DNA of 36,182 nt, taken from sequence record SRR20825006_1582, one strand, 5' to 3'. Below the pieces are notes generated by a model. That model was not told where the DNA came from. It saw only the letters and a program-made list of their open reading frames with translations, and did no database searches. Both the position numbers and the translations under genes were made by a program. This document shows positions 10,159-18,003 of this stretch, in pieces (position 1 is the stretch's first letter; each line of letters opens with the position of its first letter).

Positions 10159-10187
10159 CAGTAGCAGGAAAAATAAAGGCCGTCCAG
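10159..10187 (-). promoter_or_regulatory. Putative sigma70 promoter for the leader-GNAT transcript
   Basis: CTGGAC-N17-CTACTG versus the rhizobial consensus CTTGAC-N17-CTATAT. Confidence 0.45.
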
Positions 10188-10313
10188 ATACCTGCACGGA
10201 AAACAGTATCCTTTTGTCCGGTGACAACACACTGTTCAGCGATTGACGGCTGGCAAATCTGCATATGTGCCGTATCTATTGAAGACAGGAAACGCCAAAG
10301 AAAGGAGCAACCG

Positions 10314-11291
10314 ATGGGTATGCTGGTCGAAGGTGTCTGGAAGGATGTCTGGTACGACACCAACAAGACGAAAGGACATTTCAAGCGGGAAAGCTCCCAA
10401 TTCAGAAACTGGCTGACGGCCGATGGCAGTGCCGGCCCAACCGGTGAAAGTGGGTTCGCCGCAGAGAAAGGCCGATATCACCTTTATGTTTCGCTGGCCT
10501 GTCCGTGGGCACATCGCACCCTGATCTTTCGCAAGCTGAAGGGGCTGGAAGACTATATCGATGTGTCGATCGTTGATCCGTTGATGCTTGAAAACGGCTG
10601 GGAATTCAAAAACCGTAATGGCGGAACCGATGATCCTGTCAACGGTGCGGATTATTTGTGGCAGGTCTACACCAAAGCGGACCCGAACTATACCGGACGC
10701 GTGACCGTCCCGGTTTTGTGGGACAAAAAGCGTCAGACCATCGTTTCGAATGAGTCTGCTGAAATCATCCGCATGTTCAACAGAGCATTTGACGGGATAA
10801 CGGGAAACAGTCTCGACTTTTACCCGGAGGTTCTGCGCGATGGAATCGACGAGGTGAACGCGCTTGTCTACGACAACGTCAACAACGGCGTTTACAAATC
10901 AGGCTTCGCGACCACGCAGGATGCCTATGAAGAGCATGTCACCAAACTGTTCGGGACACTCGACACACTGGAAGACCGCTTGTCCGGGAAGCGCTACCTG
11001 ATGGGTGAAGCGCTGACTGAAGCCGACTGGCGCCTGTTCACGACACTGGTGCGCTTTGATCCGGTCTATGTCGGCCATTTCAAGTGCAATCTGAAACGGA
11101 TTGCCGATTATCCGAACCTCTATGGCTATCTGCGTGAACTCTACCAGGTAACCGGTATTGCCGATACAGTCAGCTTCGATCACATCAAGCGTCATTATTA
11201 TGGGTCACACAAGACCATCAACCCGACGCAGATTGTCCCGAAGGGACCGATCATGGATCTCCATGCACCACATGGGCGTGAAGTCATTTGA
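10314..11291 (+). CDS. yqjG: Glutathionyl-hydroquinone reductase (Xi-class GST, YqjG/ECM4 family)
   Basis: RYHLYVSLACPWAHR, GRVTVPVLWDKK, NESAEI, NNGVYKSGFATTQ; AGGAG SD before ATG 10314. Confidence 0.92.
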   Translation: MGMLVEGVWKDVWYDTNKTKGHFKRESSQFRNWLTADGSAGPTGESGFAAEKGRYHLYVSLACPWAHRTLIFRKLKGLEDYIDVSIVDPLMLENGWEFKNRNGGTDDPVNGADYLWQVYTKADPNYTGRVTVPVLWDKKRQTIVSNESAEIIRMFNRAFDGITGNSLDFYPEVLRDGIDEVNALVYDNVNNGVYKSGFATTQDAYEEHVTKLFGTLDTLEDRLSGKRYLMGEALTEADWRLFTTLVRFDPVYVGHFKCNLKRIADYPNLYGYLRELYQVTGIADTVSFDHIKRHYYGSHKTINPTQIVPKGPIMDLHAPHGREVI

Positions 11292-11304
11292 CTGATACAG
11301 GCCG

Positions 11305-11333
11305 CTTGCCGATGAAACGGCAGGCGGTTATGT
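11305..11333 (+). promoter_or_regulatory. Putative sigma70 promoter giving a leaderless metallophosphoesterase mRNA
   Basis: CTTGCC-N17-TTATGT, then 7 nt, then ATG 11341; no SD. Confidence 0.5.
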
Positions 11334-11340
11334 CTTCCTC

Positions 11341-12258
11341 ATGTTCAAGCTCGCACATATTTCCGATATTCATCTTGGCCCGCTTCCACGGGTTTCTCCG
11401 CGTGAACTGTTTTCCAAACGGATCACCGGCTTCGTGAACTGGCACCGCAGTCGCAGCAAGCATATCGGAACGGATACGCTGGACAAGCTTCTGCTGGCCA
11501 TTGCGCAACAGGCACCGGATCATCTGGCGGTCACGGGCGACCTGGTCAACCTGGCGACAGCAAAAGAAATCGAGAATGCAGCCACATGGCTGGAAAGTGT
11601 TGGCCCGCCGACCGAAGTGTCGCTGGTTCCGGGCAATCATGATGCCTATGTCGGCGGAGCATATGCGCGTATCAACAAAGCCTGGCGTGCCTATATGCAG
11701 GGCGACACACCGAGACCACCGAGCAAGGGATCTGAAATCCACAGCTTTCCTTACCTTCGAAAGCGTGACCGCGTGGCGCTGATCGGCTGCTCGTCTGCCG
11801 TTGCCTCGCCGCCATTTCTGGCCATCGGAACATTTGGCAGGCGACAGGCGCGCGCCACCACGGAATTGCTGCGGCAGGCCGGCGAGAAGGGCTTATTCCG
11901 AGTCGTGATGATTCACCATCCACCGGTGCGTGATGCAGCCGCACGCCACAAGCGGCTTCTGGGTATCCGCCGTTTCAAAGCCGCCATATCAACCGGTGGC
12001 TGTGAATTGGTACTGCACGGCCACACGCATCTCAACACCATCAATTTTATCGAAACGCCGAAGGGTAAGGTGCCGGTGATCGGAATTGCGGCGGCAGGTC
12101 AGGGGACGGGTGGCAAGAAACCGCCATCGGGGTTCAACATGATCGGGATCAGTGGACGCCCCGGCCAGTGGAAGATTGATTGCGAGCGCCACACACTCAA
12201 CCCACTGGGAAAGTTTGAGGCCGAAAGCGCCTTCCAGTTTTCCTACAATGATGATTGA
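11341..12258 (+). CDS. Calcineurin-like metallophosphoesterase (CpdA/Icc-like)
   Basis: SDIH, TGDLVN, PGNHD, HHPP, LHGHTH motifs. Confidence 0.9.
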   Translation: MFKLAHISDIHLGPLPRVSPRELFSKRITGFVNWHRSRSKHIGTDTLDKLLLAIAQQAPDHLAVTGDLVNLATAKEIENAATWLESVGPPTEVSLVPGNHDAYVGGAYARINKAWRAYMQGDTPRPPSKGSEIHSFPYLRKRDRVALIGCSSAVASPPFLAIGTFGRRQARATTELLRQAGEKGLFRVVMIHHPPVRDAAARHKRLLGIRRFKAAISTGGCELVLHGHTHLNTINFIETPKGKVPVIGIAAAGQGTGGKKPPSGFNMIGISGRPGQWKIDCERHTLNPLGKFEAESAFQFSYNDD

Positions 12259-12269
12259 CGTATCAAGGT

Positions 12270-12929
12270 TCAGGCGTTTTGCCGGGTATAGGCATCAAGC
12301 AGGGCGGTCAAACTGATTTGCAGCGTTGCAATAATCTGATCGCGCTGCTCGTCCCCGATAAGATCCCAGTTCAGATTGCGCATCACAATTTTTCGCCAGA
12401 CACGAAAGTAAAGGCATTGCCCCAGAATGGTGAAGGCAACAACGCGCGTCTCCTCGCTTTCGGGATCGCGCCCGGTGGCACGCGCAAACAGCTGACGGAT
12501 ACGCAAATGCTGCGGACAGAAGAATTCGGAATAAAGAAGGTCGAAAGCCTCACTGTTTTGCGAGAGATGCCGCATCAGGAAGACATGCACTTCTTCAGCA
12601 TCAGGACGGCGAATGACCGGAGCAACAAACATCGGCACAGCCTGAATCAGTTCCTGGCGCGCTTCTGCCGGTGTCAACTCCGGTGGCATAGGCGCCAGGA
12701 TCGACTTGCCATAGCTGCCCTCAATTGCCTCTACCGCATATCGGGCGCATGCCCGCATCAATCCCACCTTGCCACCAAAGTGATAGGCAATACTGCCAAT
12801 ATTCGCGTCTGCAAGATCGGCAATCTTGCGGGTTGAAACCGCATTGTATCCGTACTCGCCAAAAAGTCGCAACGCCGTCGAAATAAGTGCCTGGCGTGTT
12901 GCGGCAGCCCCTTTTAATGTTTCTGTCAT
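12270..12929 (-). CDS. TetR-family regulator, CecR/YbiH-like (DUF1956-type C-terminal domain)
   Basis: N-terminal HTH ALRLFGEYGYNAVSTRKIA..A.ANIGSIAYHFGGK; C-terminal TILGQCLYFR. Confidence 0.82.
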   Translation of the reverse strand: MTETLKGAAATRQALISTALRLFGEYGYNAVSTRKIADLADANIGSIAYHFGGKVGLMRACARYAVEAIEGSYGKSILAPMPPELTPAEARQELIQAVPMFVAPVIRRPDAEEVHVFLMRHLSQNSEAFDLLYSEFFCPQHLRIRQLFARATGRDPESEETRVVAFTILGQCLYFRVWRKIVMRNLNWDLIGDEQRDQIIATLQISLTALLDAYTRQNA

Positions 12930-13168
12930 ATTACTTCGTCATAAATCTCAGGTTCATTTTCAAAGGGTTACCCACACGAACAGTTCTGCCAGCCCCACCG
13001 GTTTTATACCTGTTACAGGCTAATACAGTAAGTTTCCTTTGATAAAGGCCGAACCGCAACCCACCAAATCAATTAGATCGCATTTTTGACATATTTTTTT
13101 CCTTACGGGATACTTTACTTCTTTAGTCGGCTCTGAATGACGGCAAAAAGTGTATCTCCATGCCTTGT

Positions 13169-13184
13169 TTACGCAATCCTTAAC
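13169..13184 (+). promoter_or_regulatory. Possible CtrA binding site
   Basis: TTAC-N7-TTAAC, one mismatch from TTAA-N7-TTAAC, in the divergent intergenic region. Confidence 0.3.
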
Positions 13185-13260
13185 GGGCATTATCGCCTCC
13201 ACATTCCAACGCTCCGCTCACGTCTGAAACAGGACCGGGTGCGGACATTTAAGAACGACC

Positions 13261-13869
13261 ATGGACATCGCTTTAAAAAATAAAAAAACTTCCATGCGCC
13301 ATGGATTCCCAAAACGCTCAGTCCTTGCAGTCGTTATCGGCTGTGCGTTGATCGGTATCGGTATGGCCACCGGCTTTGCTCTTTCGCGTGGTCACTATTC
13401 GCCCCAGGCAGAGACCGTCGATCTGCCACTGATCCAAAGTCATGACTGGATCGACGATCTCTGTTCCACCTTTCGCGTTTTCGGGCGAAAATATCAACCG
13501 ATGGTCGATATTGGCGCGGATGATCCCCAAGCGGTTTCAGAGCTGATCAACCGAACAACCGGGTTGCAGGTCAAGGTGCCGACCTTCACCGAAACGGAAC
13601 AATTGTTTGAAGGCGCACGTATCGTGGTGATCGACCGCACAACCGGCGTTGAACTGTTCTATCGCACCGGCGCCGGAGATCTTGCTTCAGTCTTCATCCT
13701 TGCCCGGCCACAGTCGATGAACAATCCGCTGACCGAGGTCAACGAGACCATTCGTGACAATCTCAGTGTTTCATGGTGGCAGGGGCAACAGGCTCTTTTT
13801 GCCGTTGTCGGCCCGTCTTCGGATGCAGGCTTGTCTGAAATGGCGCAGGCGGCCTACCTGAAGCTTTAA
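13261..13869 (+). CDS. Anti-sigma-factor-like single-pass membrane protein (RsiW/PrtR-type extracytoplasmic domain) with a short N-terminus
   Basis: One TM (VLAVVIGCALIGIGMATGFAL), then a domain resembling the transmembrane anti-sigma C-terminus (VKVPTF..F.GARIV..ELFY..G, WW...LFAVVG); start may be 13294. Confidence 0.6.
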   Translation: MDIALKNKKTSMRHGFPKRSVLAVVIGCALIGIGMATGFALSRGHYSPQAETVDLPLIQSHDWIDDLCSTFRVFGRKYQPMVDIGADDPQAVSELINRTTGLQVKVPTFTETEQLFEGARIVVIDRTTGVELFYRTGAGDLASVFILARPQSMNNPLTEVNETIRDNLSVSWWQGQQALFAVVGPSSDAGLSEMAQAAYLKL

Positions 13870-13873
13870 ACGC

Positions 13874-13902
13874 AAAAGACCGGCTGCATAACTGCAACCG
13901 GC
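13874..13902 (-). terminator. Intrinsic terminator of leuA
   Basis: Minus strand CCGGTTGCA-GTTA-TGCAGCCGG followed by TCTTTT. Confidence 0.6.
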
Positions 13903-13933
13903 CCATCATCATCGACAACTGTCGGCTTCAGCG

Positions 13934-15640
13934 TCAGGCCTGTTCTTCAATGATCTGGTTAGCCGCCGATACAATCGCTTCCAGTGATGCGGCAACGATA
14001 TTGGTGTTGATGCCGACACCGAACATGCGCCCACCTTCATAGGACACTTCCACATAGGCAATCGCCTTTGCATCAGACCCATGGTAGAGTGAGTGTTCTG
14101 AATAGTCCTCAACCGTGATCTTTGTTCCCAGGTAAGCCGACAGGGCATTTGTAAACCCGTCGACAGGCCCGTTACCGTTGGCTTCGAGACGCTTCTTTTC
14201 ACCATTATCGGTAATCTCGGCCCCCACAACGCGAATACCCTTCGTGTCGCCCTGCGGATAGGTGTGGTGATCGAGAAACTTGATGCGGCCATCAGGCTGG
14301 TCGACATAGTGGTCCATGAAGGCTTCATGGATACGCCTGGACGGCAATTCCCGCCCTTCATCATCAGTGATCTTCTGGATGTACTCGCGGAATGCCACCT
14401 GCAGGCCACGCGGCATGTTGATACCGTAGTCGCTTTGCATGATGTAGGCGAGGCCGCCCTTGCCCGACTGCGAGTTGATGCGGATGATCGCCTCATACGT
14501 GCGGCCCACATCCTGCGGGTCGATCGGCAGATACGGCACTTCCCAGACAGGTTTGTTCGCAACCTTGATCGCTTTCATACCCTTGTTGATCGCATCCTGG
14601 TGTGAGCCGGAGAAGGCCGTGTAAACCAGCTCCCCGACGTAAGGATGCCGCTCCGGGATCACCATCTGGTTGGAATATTCATAAACCGCCTTCATGCGCT
14701 CGATATCAGAGCAGTCCAGTTCCGGGTCCACGCCTTGCGTGAACATATTCAGCGCCAGTGTAACGATATCGACATTGCCGGTGCGCTCGCCGTTGCCGAA
14801 CAGCGTGCCTTCAATGCGGTCGGCCCCAGCCATAACACCCATTTCAGCAGCGGCAATACCCGTGCCCCGGTCATTATGCGGATGCACCGAAATGATCAGA
14901 TTTTCCCGATTGTCGAGGTTACGGCACATCCACTCAATCTGGTCGGCATAGATGTTCGGCGTCGACATTTCAACCGTAGATGGCAGGTTGATAATCAGCT
15001 TGTTATCCGCCGTCGGCTTCATTTCTTCGATGACGGCGTTGCAGATCTCCAGCGCCACGTCCAGTTCCGTACCGGTAAAGCTTTCCGGCGAATACTGAAA
15101 GCGATAGCCGCCTCCGGCCTTTTCGGCCATATCCGTGATCATCTTGGCTGCATCAACCGCTATTTGCTTGATACCGGCAACATCCTTGCCAAACACCACA
15201 CGACGCTGAAGCTCGCTGGTAGAATTGTAGAAATGCACGATCGGGCGTCTTGAACCCTTCAGCGATTCAAATGTTCTGGTAATCAGCTCCGGTCGGCACT
15301 GCACCAGCACCTGCAGGGAAACATCATCTCCAACCTGATCGTTTTCAACGCACCAGCGGGCAAAGTCGAAATCTGTTTGCGATGCAGACGGAAAACCAAT
15401 CTCGATTTCCTTGAAGCCCATGTCCAGCAACAGCTGGAACATGCGCGCCTTGCGGTCATGCCCCATCGGGTCAACCAGTGCCTGGTTGCCGTCACGCAGA
15501 TCAACCGAACACCAGATCGGTGCCTTTTCGATGCGCTTCGACGGCCATTGCCGATCTGTCAGGTTAATTTGCTGGTAGGGCTGATATTTCGTGCCTGCAA
15601 TCGGCATACCCTTGACGTTCTGGGAGTTATTCGCGTCCAT
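13934..15640 (-). CDS. leuA: 2-isopropylmalate synthase (yeast/LeuA type 2)
   Basis: WCSVDLRDGNQAL, YSPESF, LPSTVE, HPHNDRG, GNGERTGN, HQDAI; GAGGAAGAG SD before ATG 15640. Confidence 0.96.
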   Translation of the reverse strand: MDANNSQNVKGMPIAGTKYQPYQQINLTDRQWPSKRIEKAPIWCSVDLRDGNQALVDPMGHDRKARMFQLLLDMGFKEIEIGFPSASQTDFDFARWCVENDQVGDDVSLQVLVQCRPELITRTFESLKGSRRPIVHFYNSTSELQRRVVFGKDVAGIKQIAVDAAKMITDMAEKAGGGYRFQYSPESFTGTELDVALEICNAVIEEMKPTADNKLIINLPSTVEMSTPNIYADQIEWMCRNLDNRENLIISVHPHNDRGTGIAAAEMGVMAGADRIEGTLFGNGERTGNVDIVTLALNMFTQGVDPELDCSDIERMKAVYEYSNQMVIPERHPYVGELVYTAFSGSHQDAINKGMKAIKVANKPVWEVPYLPIDPQDVGRTYEAIIRINSQSGKGGLAYIMQSDYGINMPRGLQVAFREYIQKITDDEGRELPSRRIHEAFMDHYVDQPDGRIKFLDHHTYPQGDTKGIRVVGAEITDNGEKKRLEANGNGPVDGFTNALSAYLGTKITVEDYSEHSLYHGSDAKAIAYVEVSYEGGRMFGVGINTNIVAASLEAIVSAANQIIEEQA

Positions 15641-15737
15641 TATCTCTTCCTCGGCGGCCCGCATGAAAATCACGATCATCCTATTGAAGACGACGTGCGG
15701 CAGAGCCTTATAGTCTTGTTCAGGTTATTCAGGGGTG

Positions 15738-15800
15738 AAGGAGCGATTGCGCCGAACGGCTTTACGGCCGCCGGGCGCTCCTTAAAGGACCCGGCAACCG
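15738..15800 (-). promoter_or_regulatory. Structured leuA leader RNA (predicted pseudoknot or alternative helices)
   Basis: CGGTTGCCGGG (15800-15790) pairs with CCCGGCGGCCG (15775-15765); loop AAGGAGCG (15783-15776) pairs with CGCTCCTT (15745-15738). Confidence 0.65.
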
Positions 15801-15907
15801 CTTTTAAGGCCGAGGAGAAGAAGCGAGTTTAGCGAAGACGCAGCAACAGGCCGCGCAGCAAAGGCGCGTGCATCTGTCTTGATCGTGTATTCAGCCAAAC
15901 GTGTCAT
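15782..15907 (-). CDS. leuA leader peptide (41 aa, MTRLAEY...NSLLLLGLKSGCRVL)
   Basis: Four consecutive Leu codons (CTT CTT CTC CTC) just before the structured element; GTTGAT-N17-TTAAAG promoter ends 8 nt before the ATG. Confidence 0.65.
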   Translation of the reverse strand: MTRLAEYTIKTDARAFAARPVAASSLNSLLLLGLKSGCRVL

Positions 15908-15915
15908 GGCATTCG

Positions 15916-15944
15916 CTTTAAAGCCATTCAGCGTATGAATCAAC
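15916..15944 (-). promoter_or_regulatory. Putative sigma70 promoter of the leuA leader
   Basis: GTTGAT-N17-TTAAAG. Confidence 0.4.
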
Positions 15945-15970
15945 AACAAATCACCGGCGGCTGAATTCGA

Positions 15971-17164
15971 TTATTTCCCGGATGTAGATCTTCGGGTACA
16001 GGCCCGCTGAAAGCCAAAGATCGCAAGTCCTGACAGAAGCCCCCAAAAAGCGCCGGAAACACCGAAAAAAGACACCCCGGAGGCTGAAACCAGAAAGGTT
16101 GCCGCCGCAGCCTCGCGCGTGTTTGAATCCTTGAACGCGGCCATGGCAGAGCCGGTGAAAGCACCGATCAGCGCCAGCCCGGCGACCGCCTCGATCAGAA
16201 CCGATGGCGCCAGCGACACCAGCGCGACGACAAGGCCGCTCAAAAGCCCCAAAAACACATAGCCGATACCGGCGACAATCGCCGCCCAGTATCGCCGTTT
16301 CGGGTTGCTATGGGCATCGGCACCTGCGCACATCGCCGCTGTAATCGCAGCAAGATTAACTCCATGACCGCCGAAAAAGGCGGCTGGCAGTGAAAACAAT
16401 CCCGTCAGCGAGAACATCCTTCCGGCATTGGGCCGGTACTCGTTGATATTGAGGATGGCAATACCGGGAATATTCTGAGACGCCATGGTGACGATAAAAA
16501 GCGGCAGGGCAATCGAGACCGCCGCCTGCACGGTGAAGTGCGGCGCAACCCACTCCAGACGCGGGACAACCGAACCGGCCAGACCAGACCAGGCTTCCGG
16601 CGCAATATCGATACCGAAGATCAAAACAAGGACAAAAGCCACAAGCGCGGCAGGAACCGCCAGCAGACGGTTGAAAGCGCCAACCACAGCCCAGGCGATG
16701 ACAATCGGAAGTCCCAGCAGTGGATCGAAGGCCACAGCCTTAACCGGTGCGAAACAAAGTCCCATCAGAACGCCGGCCAGCATCGCATTGGCCAATGGCG
16801 CAGGGATTGATGAGATGGCGCGTCCGACCGGGCGCATCAGGCCTGCGGCGATAATCAGGGTATTGGCGATGATAAAAGCGCCGACAGCATCGGAAAAGCC
16901 AACACCCTGCACACCCGCAGTTGCCAGAAGCGCGGCGCCGGGCGTCGACCAGGCTATCGAAACAGGCATATGCGTGGCTGCCGATATAACAATTCCCGCA
17001 AACCCCATCGCCAGCGAAAGCGCCATAAGGCCGGACGCCGCTTGTGCCGGTGTCGCACCAACGCCTTCCAACCCCTGGAGGACCACGGAAAACGAACTGG
17101 CAAAGCCGACAAAAGCCACAAGCAAGCCCATGAAAAGGCTTTGCAGCGAAAATTCTTTCAGCAT
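15971..17164 (-). CDS. benE: Benzoate/H+ symporter BenE family transporter
   Basis: Hydrophobic multi-TM protein; AWSTPGAALL, LPLFIVTMASQNIPG, NLAAITAA, AFWGL. Confidence 0.9.
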   Translation of the reverse strand: MLKEFSLQSLFMGLLVAFVGFASSFSVVLQGLEGVGATPAQAASGLMALSLAMGFAGIVISAATHMPVSIAWSTPGAALLATAGVQGVGFSDAVGAFIIANTLIIAAGLMRPVGRAISSIPAPLANAMLAGVLMGLCFAPVKAVAFDPLLGLPIVIAWAVVGAFNRLLAVPAALVAFVLVLIFGIDIAPEAWSGLAGSVVPRLEWVAPHFTVQAAVSIALPLFIVTMASQNIPGIAILNINEYRPNAGRMFSLTGLFSLPAAFFGGHGVNLAAITAAMCAGADAHSNPKRRYWAAIVAGIGYVFLGLLSGLVVALVSLAPSVLIEAVAGLALIGAFTGSAMAAFKDSNTREAAAATFLVSASGVSFFGVSGAFWGLLSGLAIFGFQRACTRRSTSGK

Positions 17165-17222
17165 TCCCCTCTGTGTCCTCTGTATTGGTTGTTTTCAGCG
17201 CACAGAAGACAACTGCAAGCAC

Positions 17223-17258
17223 AAAAAGGCCGGGCAGAGCAAGGGCTCTGTCCGGCTT
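17223..17258 (-). terminator. Intrinsic terminator after clpP
   Basis: GCCGGACAGAGC/GCTCTGCCCGGC stem followed by CTTTTT on the minus strand. Confidence 0.75.
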
Positions 17259-17281
17259 ATCTGTTCTGGTCCGATGAGCAA

Positions 17282-17863
17282 TCAGATATCGCTGTGCGAT
17301 GTTACCTTGCGTGAAACCAGCCCGTATTCAATCGCTTCTTCGGCGGACAGCCAGTAATCGCGTTCAATATCGGCAGCGATCTTTTCATGTGTCTGACCTG
17401 TTGCATCGGCAAATATCTTGATCAGGCGCTCGTTCATCTTGATGATCTCGCGTGCCTGAATCTCGATATCAGATGCCGGGCCGCGTGTGCCACCGGAGGG
17501 TTGATGCAGCAGGAACCGCGTGTTCGGCAGGCAAAGGCGCCGCTCCTTGTCCGCAGCGGCGAAGATTAACGCCCCGGCGGAGGCAACCCAACCTGAACCG
17601 ATCATCACCACATTCGGCTTGATGAACTTGATCATGTCATGGATGGAATCACCGGATTCAACATGTCCGCCCGGCGAGTTCACAAACACGCGGATATCGT
17701 CGTCGCTAACGGCCGCCATCGCGACAAGCTGCGAGCATACGCGCTGCGCCAGCTCCTGTGTGATCGGCCCGTAAATGAAGATCGAGCGCGATTTGAAAAG
17801 GCTTGTCTCAGCCTCCTTGCCCAGCGGCATTTCCGTTTTCTTGTCGTCGTCTTCGTCGCTCAT
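17282..17863 (-). CDS. clpP: ATP-dependent Clp protease proteolytic subunit (stand-alone paralog)
   Basis: NSPGG, catalytic Ser (VASAG), His (LLHQP), Asp (RDYW); GGAG SD. Confidence 0.94.
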   Translation of the reverse strand: MSDEDDDKKTEMPLGKEAETSLFKSRSIFIYGPITQELAQRVCSQLVAMAAVSDDDIRVFVNSPGGHVESGDSIHDMIKFIKPNVVMIGSGWVASAGALIFAAADKERRLCLPNTRFLLHQPSGGTRGPASDIEIQAREIIKMNERLIKIFADATGQTHEKIAADIERDYWLSAEEAIEYGLVSRKVTSHSDI

Positions 17864-18003
17864 CAGCTTCTCCAGGAATCAAACGTCATAATACCCGACT
17901 TAATGGTATTAGCGTCGCAAGACAATGTCCGAGGTGAAACCCGACACGATTGTATTTTCTTCGCGGCCGCCGAAGGGAAATGAAAAGTCCTGAAAGCGGG
18001 CAC

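Noticed and set aside
10029-10313. 95-aa N-terminal extension of yqjG in the ORF track
   Set aside because: The family N-terminus (MGMLVEG.W) and an AGGAG SD place the start at 10314; the extension covers the divergent promoter region
13020-13202. 60-aa ORF in the TetR/anti-sigma spacer
   Set aside because: No recognisable family or SD; likely promoter DNA
17864-18003. Possible RpoH promoter upstream of clpP
   Set aside because: CTTG and CCAT elements are present but the spacing does not fit convincingly
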